Assembly: GCA_000182565.2 (NCBI GenBank)
Contig: KQ257465.1
Reading direction: 5' to 3' (one strand)
DNA from: Spizellomyces punctatus DAOM BR117
Lineage: Eukaryota
Length of the DNA: 64,000 bases
Shown: piece by piece, positions 36,187 through 48,780 of the stretch
How positions within the stretch are numbered: the first letter of the stretch is position 1
Layout: each line of letters opens with the position of its first letter
Program-made: the position numbers and the translations under genes
Notes under the pieces: generated by a model
Told to the model about the DNA's origin: nothing
What the model saw: only the letters and a program-made list of their open reading frames with translations
The model's database searches: none

Positions 36187-38226
36187 ATGAGCAAAGAAGA
36201 CCAGCTCGTTGGGCAAGCAGCTACATCCAACCCTCCAACAAAGAAAGAGAAGAAAAAGAAGGCGAAGGCGAAGACTGACGCCATGGACGTGGACACTCCC
36301 TTGAAGGAACGCAAAAGCAAGAAGCGGCCAAGAGAGGAAGACGCCGCGGACGAGGTGAAGGCAGACAAGAAGGATAAGAAAATGAAAAAGAGGAAGGAGA
36401 GAAAATGTGACGATGATGATGAGGAGGCAGTGAAGATCGGCGTGGATGCGAACATCGATAACGACTCCGGGGCCAAACGCGACAAGAAGAAAAAGAAAGA
36501 CGACCAGAAAGAGCAAAAAAGGGAAGAGAAGAAGAGAAGGGCGCACTCTGTGAAAGAAATTGAAGAAAAGGCTTCGGACGTTGAGGAAGAGGAGCAAGTT
36601 GAGCACAAAATAACAAAAGGCAACAACAAGAGGGATAAGAAAGAAGGGCCCAGTGATGAATGGTCATATAAACAGGACAAAGCCCTCAGCGACCTGCCTC
36701 AAGCTACCATTGACGACTTCTATGCAAAGCACACCGTTCAAATATCGGACAATGCTACGGCGCTTCGTCCCATACTCGAGTTCTCTCAAGCAGGATTCCC
36801 GGCTGACCTGGCTAGGGACCTATCGAGGTTTCCCAAACCTACGGTTATCCAATCCTCTTGTTGGCCGTTTATCCTCTCAGGTGAGGATCTAATCGGTGTT
36901 GCAGCAACAGGGAGCGGTAAGACTTTGGCATTCGGTATCCCAGCCCTTATCCACATTCGCAACCGAGTAGCGAGACAAAACATCCAACCCCGCAAACCCC
37001 AGGTGCTGGTTTTATCCCCAACTCGCGAACTCGCCATGCAGATTCAGGAGCAAGTAGAAAAATTCTCTGGATCATTGGCAAAGAGCGTTGTCATCTACGG
37101 CGGTGTTCCCAAGTTTGAGCAAAAGAAAGCATTGAAGAGTGGTGCTGTCAACGTGATTGTTGCAACCCCCGGACGCTTGATTGACCTACTGGAAGATGAG
37201 GATAGCTGTTGCGATTTGAGCGATGTCTCCTTTCTTGTTTTGGATGAAGCAGACAGAATGTTGGATCTCGGGTTCGAGGAGGCCATTAAAAAGATTGTGG
37301 GACAATTGAGGAAGGAGGGGCGGCAAACGGTCATGTTCAGGTTTGTAGCGTGCATGTTATTTGAGAGATGCATGCTGATGGAAATTTTGCAACAGTGCTA
37401 CCTGGCCACCCGCTATCCAGAAGATTGCGGAGCAATACCTCAAGTCTCCGGTGAACATTACCGTCGGATCTCAGGATCTGTCCGCTAACTCGAGCATCGA
37501 ACAGCGGGTCGAAGTTGTGGATCCTCACAATAAGGAATCTCGCCTATTAGAACTACTAAAAAAATACCACAAATCGCGGACAAACCGTGTTCTGATTTTT
37601 GCATTATACAAAAAGGAGGCCGCCAGATTGGAGGGATTCGTTCGCAGAAATGGGTTCAAAGTTGCCGCAATCCATGGGGACTTGGGACAACAGCAACGAA
37701 CTAAAGCGATCGAAGATTTCAAGAAGGGGACGTGCCCTTTACTGATTGCTACTGATGTGGCTGTGAGTGACTTGTCATTGTGTCCAGTTTGTTTTCGTAT
37801 TCCTCATACTGTTGCCCTACGAATTAGGCCCGTGGAATTGACATTCCTAACGTCGAATATGTGATTAATGTTACCTTCCCCCTCACCGTTGAAGATTACT
37901 GTCACCGCATCGGGCGAACCGGTCGAGCAGGACAGAAGGGCATATCGCACACGTTGTTTACCGTTCACGATAAATCCCATTCAGGGGCTCTAATCAATGT
38001 GTTGAAGGGAGCTGGACAAACGGTGCCGGCGGACCTACTCAAGTTCGGGACGACCGGTAAGGAGAAGCAGTTTCAACTTTGTCATAGTGGTAGTTTTCTG
38101 ACGATCTATCTTTTCATTTATACAGTAAAAAAGAAAGTTGACCCCAACTACGGAGCGTTCGTCAAAGATGTGGATATGAATAAAAAAGGGAAGAAGATTA
38201 CTTTTAATGATTCCGATTCAGAGTAG
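36187..38226 (+). CDS. DBP3: DEAD-box RNA helicase Dbp3 with Lys-rich N-terminus
   Basis: [68 protein letters not shown]. Confidence 0.93.
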
Positions 38227-38963
38227 AAACGACGTAGGTGGTTGGTGGATAAGGTGGATAAGGCTGTGTTCTGTATTTGTTTATTGGTGTTCTGGGAGGG
38301 CGTCTTTGGTACATAGACTACTATTATTTATTGAGGCAATAGCGAGACTTTCAGAGATGGAAGTTAAGAGTCACGGAATTGAACCTGAGGTTATCCAAAC
38401 CGTTGTGGGCAGCGTGGAACCCAGAATTCCTCTACCCAACAAGCACTTCGAGACGATGCCTACACGTTCATGAACCCAAAGCGTAACGCAAATTATGGGA
38501 CATTGAATCCAATGATTATCTTCTGGCTCTGGTTACCTCTCGTTTGTCCCATCGTATGTCCCTGTTAGACGCCGTTCTTGTCGGCATTTCTCGATCCGGT
38601 GCCAGAAGACGAAGACACCACGCAAATGCCAGAACTTATTCACTGCCGCTGCACGAGCACTTTATGCGGGTGGCTATTCCTCCACGGAAGTCTGTGGACG
38701 AAAACCTTAGAATATGGACACAAGCACACCGCACTGCTGCCAAACGCAGACAACGCGGGGAATAAGGGGGACACAAGATTTATACTCCGCTTTGGCTTTT
38801 CCTATCACTACGCTGTGGAATAATCTGTCTTTGTTAAATCCTTGCTGATGTAGTGCATCACTGCCGTCGCTGATCACCGTTAGTTTACAATTTGAGCTGT
38901 CGCTGAGAACCGTTCGAAGTGGGACTACTGTGGCGGGACCCACCACCGAAGGATGCCATTGAT

Positions 38964-41900
38964 CTAGGATGAATCGGCACCTTCCAGAGCGTGGGGATAA
39001 TACGTTTCCTCTGGCCCTCTAGCCTCGGTCGATATACTTGTGAAACCGAGGTCTACATGGCCAGGTACATATTCCATATCGTTTGACACAATTACGCACA
39101 CATTACATGCAACATTTCCCTATTTACAAGAATGGTATGGTAGTAACCAACGATGAGCATATCAATCCTCATTATTCATGTATTCCTGCTAACCGAACTG
39201 GCTGGAGATGAGGTAGTTCTACATCCAAAATCTTCAGTTCCTCCGTAACGTACAAATGTAAATAAGGGATTTCTTGCTGGGTACTCACCGGCCAGCGTTT
39301 CCAAGCACGCGAAGGTCACTCTCGTGAAATCCAGATTCAGCGCCGACAGCTGAACCATTCCTAGTTGCCACAACGGATCAGCGCAGACTTTTCATGTAAT
39401 GCATACTTGCTTTTATACCTTTCAACGAATAAATGCCATCATCGTCCACAGCTGTCCTCGCCACGTTCAGGACCCTTATTGTTCTGTTAAACTCACACTC
39501 TGACAATATCCTTAAAGCTTCAGATGTGATCTCCGTTTGCATCAAAGAGAGGTGGTGGATATATCTGAGCGCTAAGGTGGATAGGTAGAAATGTATCAGT
39601 TCTGTACTATAATACGCAGCGGTAATCGGTGACGAAAGAGTAGTGGATGACGAGTCTTACGTTTCAGATGGCAAATCCCGGCATCTCCGACGTGTGTGCG
39701 GTCTAGATGGAGTGTAGTGAGACTTCTGAGCTGTTCGAACTGGCAGAGGGATGCATCAGTTATCCCGGTCCCCTCCAGAGAAAGACTAACTAATCTTGAA
39801 TCGAGAATCAAGATGAGAGAAGGGAATAATGCGGATGAAAACGATCAAATCGTACGTAGTAGCCAGACGGGATATGTGCTCTGCAGCTGCATCCGTCAGA
39901 TTCACAAAGTTGGAGAGATTCAAGCTGTGGAGTGGGAATTCTGAAAACGATGTAACCAACCAGGTGCATAAGCATTTTCAGGTCACAGAGGTTCATGTCA
40001 TGGAGCTTACCGCAGAACAGCGCTAGGACGTCATCTGTAAGCTGATGAGATGGGAAGGTAATGGCGCGCAGATTCTGGAGTGCTGAAGTACATACACTCG
40101 TAAGTGCTGCTCTTTTCCAATTAACGGGCTGTCCTCTTACCCCGTGCAATACCGCTCAGACCCACAACTGAGATTCCCTCGCATCCTGCCGTGTCCAGTT
40201 CTTCCAGAGACTCGAATGCACAGATGATGTTCATTACTTCCAGATCCGTGATACCAGACAGGCGAACATCCAAGTATCTCAACTCCTTGAATGTACCAGT
40301 TGGGGGTGACGCTACTGGGCTTTTGAAAGGCATGTTTGTAAGATGTAAAGTGCATAGTTGGGAAAAGGAGGAAAGCGTCCTGAAAATGTCCGCAGTAGCT
40401 AATTTGGTGCAGTAGGATAGGTTCAGACTACGAAGACTGTTAGCCAAGTCTGTACCGAGAAGCGTGCTTAAAAAGCAGCTGGTAATCTTCGTCTTGGCAA
40501 CAGACAGACTCGTCAGAGATGTTAAGGCTAAAAGAAAAAAAGACGTCAGAGCATGTATAGGAGGAGTGTGGTAATCAAGGAAGTACCAGGTAGTGCGTGG
40601 GCAACCCGGTCAGATATCCTGCACTCGCTTAAATCCAACTCTTCAAGGCTCTTGAGTGCTACGCGATGATGCATATTGCTGTTATTCCCCGGGAGTGTTC
40701 AAAATGAGAACTTCGTCAACATACGCTTTAGAGCCCAAATTCCAGCATCAGTCACAACCTCGCATCCACTCAGGTTTAAGTTGGTCAGCATAGGCCAGAG
40801 ACGCTCGCCAATGACACGAAGCAGAGAATCCGTCGCAAGCGTATAATGCGACAGATCTAAGGTGTTGATAGGGCATACGCTCAATTTGGTCAGCATGGAA
40901 GCGTTCAGTTCATTTTGGTGCAGAAGACGCGTGCAGAGAGTTGACCCGATGGTTCCGGGGAGAAAGCGCAAGGAACGAAGATAAGCTGTTGGAGTGGCAG
41001 GAGTTGCCAGCAGACTTTCGATGCGACGCATGCAGATTTCTTTGAGGGAGACTGGAGTGTGGAACCCAGCTCGTCTTTTTAAACCTGCAACCGGCCACGA
41101 AAGGGGGTTGCGTGTGGGACGATGAGGTTGAGCAGTATCTAAAGGGACGGGATCCGTTGTCAAGAGATGACCCTCCCCTCCCCAATCATGATGTACTTCG
41201 TCAATCACGTTGATGTCTTCTTCATTCTCATTGTCGTTGTCATCCAAAGTGTTTTCATCCCGCTCCCCTCCGTCAGTCACCTCCTCATGCACGCGGATTT
41301 CCTCCAAGGTCATGTTCATGGGTTGAGCACCAGCAAGTTGCGCTGGTCCCGACGGAGAAGATGGTTGGGAATTGCACCTCATCACATTGAGCGAAGCGTT
41401 TGGTACCAAGCCTGGACCACAAACAGGACATAAACATCAGGGTCCACACCTATGCAGTATCATCTCTGTGGCATACCAGCATCTTGAAGGGACAATGTCT
41501 TACACTCGTCCTCGACAAATAGTCGTCTTGGAAATGGCTATTATTAATGGAGCCAGGCATTAACTGAGACTCAGAATTCTACCACAAGAAGCACAATTGC
41601 AATCTCACCTGCAGAAGAGTGAAATGATCTCCACAGTCAACTCGGTCTTTACCCTGTGCTGAATCGCGAACGGATGCAAACAGGGTCACAACGTACGTTG
41701 AGGGTGAGAAGGCCCGCCTCAGGACCGCGCCCGATGGGAGACGAATCTACACACATATTTGTTATTGATATCCAATGCATAAGGAAACCTATGATAGGAA
41801 GGATCATATTCACCTGAATGGCCGCATCACTATTCACTAACGGCTTTGGTGTCCCAGGACTCTGTCCAATACTATTACAAGGTTCTACATGGCGTTTCCG

Positions 41901-42729
41901 ATCTTTCTGTGTTTCACGGTCTTCTTTAATTTGCCGAAGGATTTGAATCTTTGACTGTATATATGACCTGTCATTAGTTGAGCTTCTCGGCAGAGACATG
42001 TATCATATTGACCTCCTGTTGACTCTTTTTGAACCGCTTCGCTTCATTCAACGCCCGAGCCGTCGCTATATCAGCACATGTTTTGCGGGTTGTTTTATGC
42101 CGACTGGTGATAGAGGGACGCTCCTTACAGCATAACCTTGTATGAGATCTCCGCTACGGATGGGACTTGCTGCACAAGAGGTTACCTCTAAATGCGCCGC
42201 TGATACCAATGAAATCGGAGTGGGATTGTCAGGCTCCTGCACATTCGTGCTTGTGCATTGCGTTTCCACCGAGTTGATTGAAGATGTCGATGGCTCAGCT
42301 GACCGGAAGGGATTGGTGATTGCTAGTGGCTCCGGCCTTGAGGGTTGCAGCGGTGGTAAAGTGACTAGCCCAATATCAGATGTCGCAGAGCTATCTTGCG
42401 TCTTAGCGATGATCCTTAGTTTGGAAAATAAGCGATCGAAGAAGTATAAACAAACGCGGCGGATGCCGCCAACAGTTCAGAAACGCGACTGACACATTCT
42501 GCTAGTCGAACGGCTATATGCGCGCCGCCTCACATACTAGTATTCTTATCCCTTGTTGCCACCATCGACTAGTAGATCAGGTAAACTCGTTTACCGACGG
42601 CACGTACCAACTTACGGCATCCTCGACAGTGCGCACGTCGCCGTCTGCCAAAGCTTTTCTGCTGATAAAATAGTCAAAGCCCATATCCATGAGAGATGCA
42701 AGAAGGCCATCATTGCTCTCCTCCGACAT
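38964..42729 (-). CDS. Multi-exon UBA - coiled-coil - UBX - BC-box-like - LRR (RNI-like) protein; 3' end approximate
   Basis: Exon 1 LLASLMDMGFDYFISRKALADGDVRTVEDAVSW|II (UBA); AAIQ|IRLPSGAVLRRAF..FTLLQ|PFPRRLF..LSLQDA|GLVPNASLNV (UBX); PVSLKEICMRRI; LRRs LTNLNLSGCEVVTDAGI, LRSLNLSYC, LTTLHLDRTHVGDAGI. Confidence 0.75.
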
Positions 42730-42915
42730 TTTAATTCTCTTTCATTCAGTAAAGTGGACGACGTGCCAACATTCGCAATGGGAGGAGCTTTGGGAGGAAG
42801 TCGGCTGACGTGATGACAGACAGCTGTGCCATCGGTGCTGTGCCACTTTAGGTTTACCCAATATTTTTGGAATGCACTCCGAACAAGCAGTGCTGGCGTG
42901 CAAGAAACAAGAACC

Positions 42916-43401
42916 ATGGGCAAGTCGGCAAAGTTTGGACGGGCGGGGAAAACCAAGGTGGGTGCTCCAAGGTTGGTGTAAGTTCAGTACTTTGCATTTC
43001 CTCCTTGGACAGCGTTCATTCATGACACATGCTTAACAAATACATGGATGCAGAAAGAGCGAGACCAGATCAAAATTGCCAAAAACTCTCGGATAACGAA
43101 ATCATCAACTACATCCGCCACAGCGACACATATCAGTACAAAGATCAACCAAGAAGTAATCCAACAATCCACAGATAAGACCTCCCCAAAACTCCCGCAA
43201 ACCACATCAAAACCCAAACACTCCACGAAAGATCGTGATGGCGACGTAGTAATGGCCGGTAGCGAGACTGACAGGAAGATTCAAACTAAAGGGAAGCGAT
43301 ATATCTTGGAAGGTCGTGTGGATTATGTTAGTCTAATGAACTCGAGACGATCGGCCAAAGCACTGCTCCACACAAAGGATAGGATAGTTCAGCGACGATG
43401 A
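42916..43401 (+). CDS. Small Lys/Thr-rich hypothetical protein, 1 or more introns
   Basis: ATG at 42916 MGKSAKFGRAGKTK, GT..CAG intron (~42959-43053), then in frame with ORF 43048-43401 (..RVDYVSLM..). Confidence 0.6.
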
Positions 43402-43510
43402 GCGTGGCTTGTCATAATATGACTGTGCCGACCGTGCCATAACTTTTTGCACTCAGACTGGCTTTCGAAAATATACACACAATTTGTCTGGCCTCCATAG
43501 ATGTTGTAAA

Positions 43511-45615
43511 ATGCTCACCGTAGACCCCACCTGTACAAATGCCATTGATGATATTGAAGAGCTAGGGATTGTTTCTTCGGAGTTACCAGCACAATCACGG
43601 GCGTCCTACCGTACTGTTCCAGTCAAAACATTCCGAAAGCGATTCTCAGGTCAAGAAGGTGAAGCCGAAAATCACACCAAACGCAGTCCAGACCATTTCC
43701 TACCTGGGCGGGCTACGGTGTTTGTAAAGACGTGGGGATGTGGTGTGTAATCTTGTGACTTGTTGGTGTCCCGTTTCTGAACGCTAAAGAGCGATGTCGG
43801 CTATTGCAGGGCACAACAACTCGGACGGTGAATATATGGCAGGATTGTTGGCGGCGGACGGTTATGAAGTGGTATTGGAAGACTCCAAGCGTGATTCGGC
43901 TGACGTTTGGCTGCTGAACTCCTGCACCGTGAAAGGTCCCTCCGAGCAAACTTTCGTAAACGAGATCCGGAAAGGGAAAGACCAGGGGAAAAAGGTGGTG
44001 GTAGCAGGTTGCGTTCCTCAAGCTAGTCCCAAGGGTACCGAGTGGCAGGGATTAAGCGTGATTGGAGTTCAGCAAATTGACTCTGTGGTCGACGTGGTTG
44101 AGGAAACGCTTAAAGGGAACACTGTTAAATTACTGAAGGAAGCGAAAGAGACAAGCGAAACTGGAAAAAAGAGAAAAACGGGGGGTGCAAAGTTAGATCT
44201 GCCGAAAGTTAGGCGCAATCCCTACATTGAGATTATTCCAATTAACACGGGGTGAGTCTTGCTACCCATTGATTTGCTCCCAAGAAAGGTACTGACAAGG
44301 ATTGAATGCAAGGTGTCTGAATCAATGCACGTACTGCAAAACGAAGCATGCACGAGGGGATCTCGGAAGTTACCATCCTTCAGAAATTATTTCGCGCGTG
44401 CAATCCGTTCTTGATGAAGGCGTCATGGAGATCTGGTTGACTTCTGAGGATACAGGGGCGTATGGTCGGGATATTGGTGTCTCCATTGTGGATCTACTGT
44501 GGGGCATTGTGAAAGTCATGGAAGCACACGATAACAAGGATGCTATGCTTCGCGTCGGGATGACAAATCCACCTTACATTTTGGAACATCTGGAAGAAAT
44601 CGCCCAGGTGCTGGTTCATCCCAGGGTGTACTCCTTTTTACATGTTCCTGTTCAAGCGGCGAGTGATAAAGTCCTGGAAGACATGAGGAGAATGTACACG
44701 AAAGCAGATTTTAAAAAGGTTGTGGACACTTTGAGAAATCGAGTACAAGATATAACCATTGCCACTGATGTCATTTGTGGGTTCCCGACGGAAACTCCGG
44801 AGGATTTTGAAGAGACTTTGGAATTGGTGAGAGAGTACAAATTCCCCGTGGTACATATATCACAGGTAAGGCTACCTAATTAACGGTGGAAACGTGTGTG
44901 GAGTTCCGTTAATTTTTTTGATCAACAGTTCTACCCTCGACCCGGTACTCCGGCCGCCCGTCTTCCTCGTCTCGCTACCGAAGAAGTCAAACGTCGCAGC
45001 CGCGAACTCACCCGGCTCTTCGAATCTTATACCACGTACTCACATCTTATGGACACGATACAACGTGTCCTCATCACCGAACGAAGCGGGGATGGAAAGC
45101 ATTATGTTGGGCACACCAAATCGTATCAACAGGTGCTGGTTCCCTTGCAAGAGGGCTTGATGGGACGGGTAGTATCAGTGCACGTGACACAAGTTGGAAA
45201 GTGGTTTTTGAGTGGCGAAGTTATTGACGGGAATGACCCACTCGGCGCCGGTGAGAGGAAAGGGACCCCCAAGTTGGTGAGAAAGGGAAGAGAAATGGTC
45301 AGGATGGGTGGCGAGGATCAGGATGGCAATGATGGGACAGAGCTAAGTCTGGGTAGTGGAGAGGGTCTTAAGAAACGGGCAGGGGGAAAGTCTGATCCCC
45401 CCCGTACGCCTGAGACAAAGGCTGTTCAAGAGGTCGAACGCCGGAAACCGAGCCCACCGATCTTCATAGTAATTGCGTATCTTCTGGTCATGTATGTCGT
45501 AGTTTATGTACTGATGGGTTATGAGGGAATGCGGTGGGGTTTTCGAGTAGCACTATGTTTCGTGATTGCATCGATTGGGTGGGATTTTGCCCAAAAGGTT
45601 ACCGCATCACAGTAG
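43511..45615 (+). CDS. CDKAL1: tRNA ms2t6A methylthiotransferase (CDKAL1/e-MtaB), radical SAM + TRAM, C-terminal membrane anchor
   Basis: IDDIEEL N-terminus; [51 protein letters not shown] (CxxxCxxC); [35 protein letters not shown]; hydrophobic tail. Confidence 0.93.
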
Positions 45616-45841
45616 GATAATCATGTGCTTTGGCTTATTTAATTTGTAAATAGCAAAGATCTTCCTAGCATTGCGCGGATCCGTGCGGTATACTCTTGTC
45701 GCATTTGTTTGCCCTTTGAAAGGATAGTTGCAAACACGAAGTAGCCACATGTGCATATGTGTAGCCAACTGCTATATACATGTATACATGACCAATACAA
45801 CCCGATGCTGCGATGAAATCGCAAGTCGTGGCCAACAGCAC

Positions 45842-46694
45842 TCAAACAGAAGCGTCCGACATGTGCTCACCAAACTTCATTTCCCACATTTCTAGTACGA
45901 TGCGAATGTATTGCGCATCGGGGGAGTACAGACCCTCAAATTGCTCTAAGAAGGCTACAGATTTCCGGAGGGCTCCCAATCCTTCAGCTATCGGAATGAT
46001 AGAATTGTCCAGAACGCAGCTGGTACTTTGGTAAATGTCATCCTGCGGCTGGATTGAAGATGGGATGCAATTTCGAAAGGAACCCGATACGGGTGAGCAT
46101 GTGCCTGGTGAACCTGAATCGAAAAGATCGACCGGGCCGGCCATGGTAGCGCATGGCATTGTTGTGATAACGGATGGTGCCGGAGCGAGCGCTGAGACGG
46201 AGGGAACCACGTGCCGCGCTTTCCATCCTTGCAGCCATAAATCTCCACACTTGAAGTCATGGCTCTCTGTGATCGTCATCGATTGAGCAATCTCTAAGGC
46301 CTTTTTTCTTATGATTTCGTCGCTCAGTTCATCCTGTTGCAGCTGTGCCGCACGGTACCACTCCACCAGGGCCTGTTCTAGTTGAGGATGTCTTGCCATA
46401 CGTTCTCGCATGCGGTCCAGGCACTTCCCTTGCTCTATCAGGCGAACCCATCTTGATTTATCCCTTAACGCTCTTGTAATGGTGACCCTGGAGCAATTAA
46501 ATCTAGACGTAATGGCGAGCGCGTCAACCGAGTACTTGCACAATTCATGTGCTGGTTAACTCATCGTACCTTGAAGCCAAATACGTGTGAGTTAGCTCTG
46601 GATCTTCCTCCACTGCTCTGCAAATATCGTATCGTTGCTGAACCGTTAAGCGAGCCCGAGGTCTTTTTCCTTCCTTCTCTTTGGCTGGGGACAT
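45842..46694 (-). CDS. CENP-B/Tc5(pogo)-type HTH DNA-binding protein lacking a DDE catalytic domain
   Basis: RARLTVQQRYDIC..THTYLAS|RFNCSRVTITRAL (psq-like HTH); HPQLEQALVEWY...IIRKKALEIA..FKCGDLWLQGWKARH (HTH_Tnp_Tc5); one intron. Confidence 0.78.
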
Positions 46695-46840
46695 GTCACC
46701 CCCGTGGTTGAATTCTGGGTTCAAATGTATGTTGAAATGAAGACGAATACCGAGACCGTAGCAAAGGAGTCGGAGTTCGATCGTTGATGAGGCACGCGTC
46801 AACACGTGCCTCCTCACGTTGTCAGAGTCACCTGACAAAG

Positions 46841-46854
46841 GTTTCTATGGCAAC
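46841..46854. promoter_or_regulatory. RFX X-box-like element GTTTCTATGGCAAC in the CENP-B-like/MRPS5 divergent promoter
   Basis: Fits the GTT(T/G)C(C/T)ATGG(C/T)AAC pattern; flanked by ACGCGT (~46794) and CACGTG (46803). Confidence 0.45.
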
Positions 46855-46928
46855 TGCTGTCCGATCACTCTGAGCTCGCTTGCTTCAGCAAAAGTTGAGA
46901 GGCGGAATCCCGATCCAAGACCAGCATC

Positions 46929-47798
46929 ATGCGACCCGTTCTAAACCGGGTGATGGGGCAGATTCCTGGTAAGCGTAGTAGTATTATCTTCGCTCAGCTA
47001 ATGAAAACAGAATCAATTTCTTAACGATCTTTGTTGCTCCAATTAACAGCACCCCGATGTATTACAGCCTCCACTTCAGGAATCGTCCCCCTTTTTCGCA
47101 CTTTTGCTGCCGCCAACCCCCCACCACCAGCGCGCCCGACTTCAGGTACTGAGCAGCGCCCTAAGCCATTCCCAAAGCCAAAGCCTCAGCAACAACCAAA
47201 AAACGCAACCCAGCCCAGCTCATCAAATCGCTTAATGAAGCGAGTGCTACATATCCGCCGTGTGGCACGAGTAAATTCGGGTGGGAAAGTCCGCTCCGTA
47301 TCCGCGCTCGTGGTTGTTGGAAATGGAAACGGGGCAGCTGGTTATGGGGAGGGACGTGCGACCGACGCTGCCGCAGCCGTGCAAAAAGCGACGAAGAATG
47401 CTGAGAAGAATATGACATATTTCCATCGGTTTAACAATCGTACAATTTTTTCGAATATTGACTACAACTGGCATAAGGTGCAATTGCAGCTTAGAAGTGC
47501 CCCGCCAGGTATGTTGACGTGCGGCTCTCTCTTTGAACCAATGAGTACCTAACCGATATCTATCACAGGTTACGGTGTAGTTGCCAGCAACCATATTCAC
47601 GAAATTTGTCGCTGCATTGGTATATCCGATCTAGGTGCAAAGATTTGGGGTTCGCGGAATCCTATGAACGTTATCAAGGCTACATTTGCAGCTTTGAAAC
47701 AGCAACAAAGGCCCGAAGATATTGCCCGGGCGAGGGGAAAACGTATTGTGGACGTGGAGATGGCGTACTATGGTTACACTGACAAGAAGAAGCCATGA
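46929..47798 (+). CDS. MRPS5: Mitochondrial ribosomal protein uS5m
   Basis: HIRRVARVNSGGKVRSVSALVVVGNGNGAAGYGEG, SAPPG|YGVV..HEICRCIGISDL..GSRNPMNVIKATF; presequence-like N-terminus. Confidence 0.88.
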
Positions 47799-47935
47799 GA
47801 AGTGCTGCCGTCCGTCTTTTTAGACCAGACCACACCGAATGTATTTATAGTCTGTTGCCGAGCCGCCGATGGAAACGTTGAGCAAAATCACACATGTATT
47901 ACCACATATTAAACATATGCCACTGCACCCGTCCC

Positions 47936-48780
47936 TCAACTGGAAACAGGAGGTGGCGGCATGGCTGTCCTGGGTAGTGACGGCCCACAGCTACGCAGCT
48001 GCGATGGTCTCACTCCCGTGGGCTCATCTTCCGGCCACCAAGGTTGTCTTAACTCCATATCATCTACAACTATCACCGGCAACTCCGCCTCTTCTCCCTG
48101 ATCAAATACCAGCACTTGTCGCCCAGGGGTGTCCATCGTGTCCTCTGCATCCCCAGGATCCAGAACAAACGTATCACCTTCCAGCTCCCTCAGAGCATCC
48201 AACAAGGCATCGGCATGGCCACCTGGGACAGGCGAATGTTCTTGATGCTGAACCCAGTCGATAGGTGGTGAGCCTGGCGGTGATAGTAGGAAATTTCGCT
48301 CTATTGTGGGAACTTGAAGATAATTGATGTGGATGCCGGTTGTTGGGTTTAAGAGATACTGGGAGTCTGTATGCTATAGTTCCACTTTCTGTTAAAGCGA
48401 TTCTAAAAGAGCAACGTGGGGTTACAGGGAAGCTAACCTCTCCGAAATAGACTCGAACATCGTCTCCTAAAATTGGATTCATGTGCAGCGAATTCCTCGC
48501 CCGTTGTGCATCTGCGGTGACTTCAAAAACGGCTACAGTCATAGGCAATTCGTCAATATGTCGCCCCTCGCACATCTCGAGTACGCGCTAGCTAACCCAA
48601 TATTCTGCTGAACGACTTCAACAGTACAAAGTGATTCACTCGCCCGTAACTCTCCAATATCGTTCGCACAGCAGCGCCCTCATCTTGAAAAGCCTTTGGT
48701 GGGACATTGGTGAGTATAAGGGTATTGGTTGCGATAGGTTCAACCTCTTCCAAGGTGGGTAGTCTAATTTCTGCAGGCAT
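47936..48780 (-). CDS. RCN1: Calcipressin/RCAN (regulator of calcineurin)
   Basis: TNTLILTNV RRM-like start, LLKSFSRI, RVYFGE; RNFLLSPPGSPPIDW (FLISPPxSPP motif); PVIVVD (PxIxIT-like); C-terminal PRTAMPP. Confidence 0.85.

Noticed and set aside
36165-36680. Phe/Leu/Ser-rich minus-strand ORFs resembling membrane proteins
   Set aside because: Antisense of the Lys/Glu-rich DBP3 N-terminus.
38230-38960. Short ORFs between DBP3 and the LRR gene
   Set aside because: No recognisable motifs; probably convergent 3' UTRs, though an extra terminal exon cannot be excluded.
45842-46694. Active Tc5/pogo transposon
   Set aside because: No DDE domain, TIRs or target-site duplication seen; treated as a domesticated gene.
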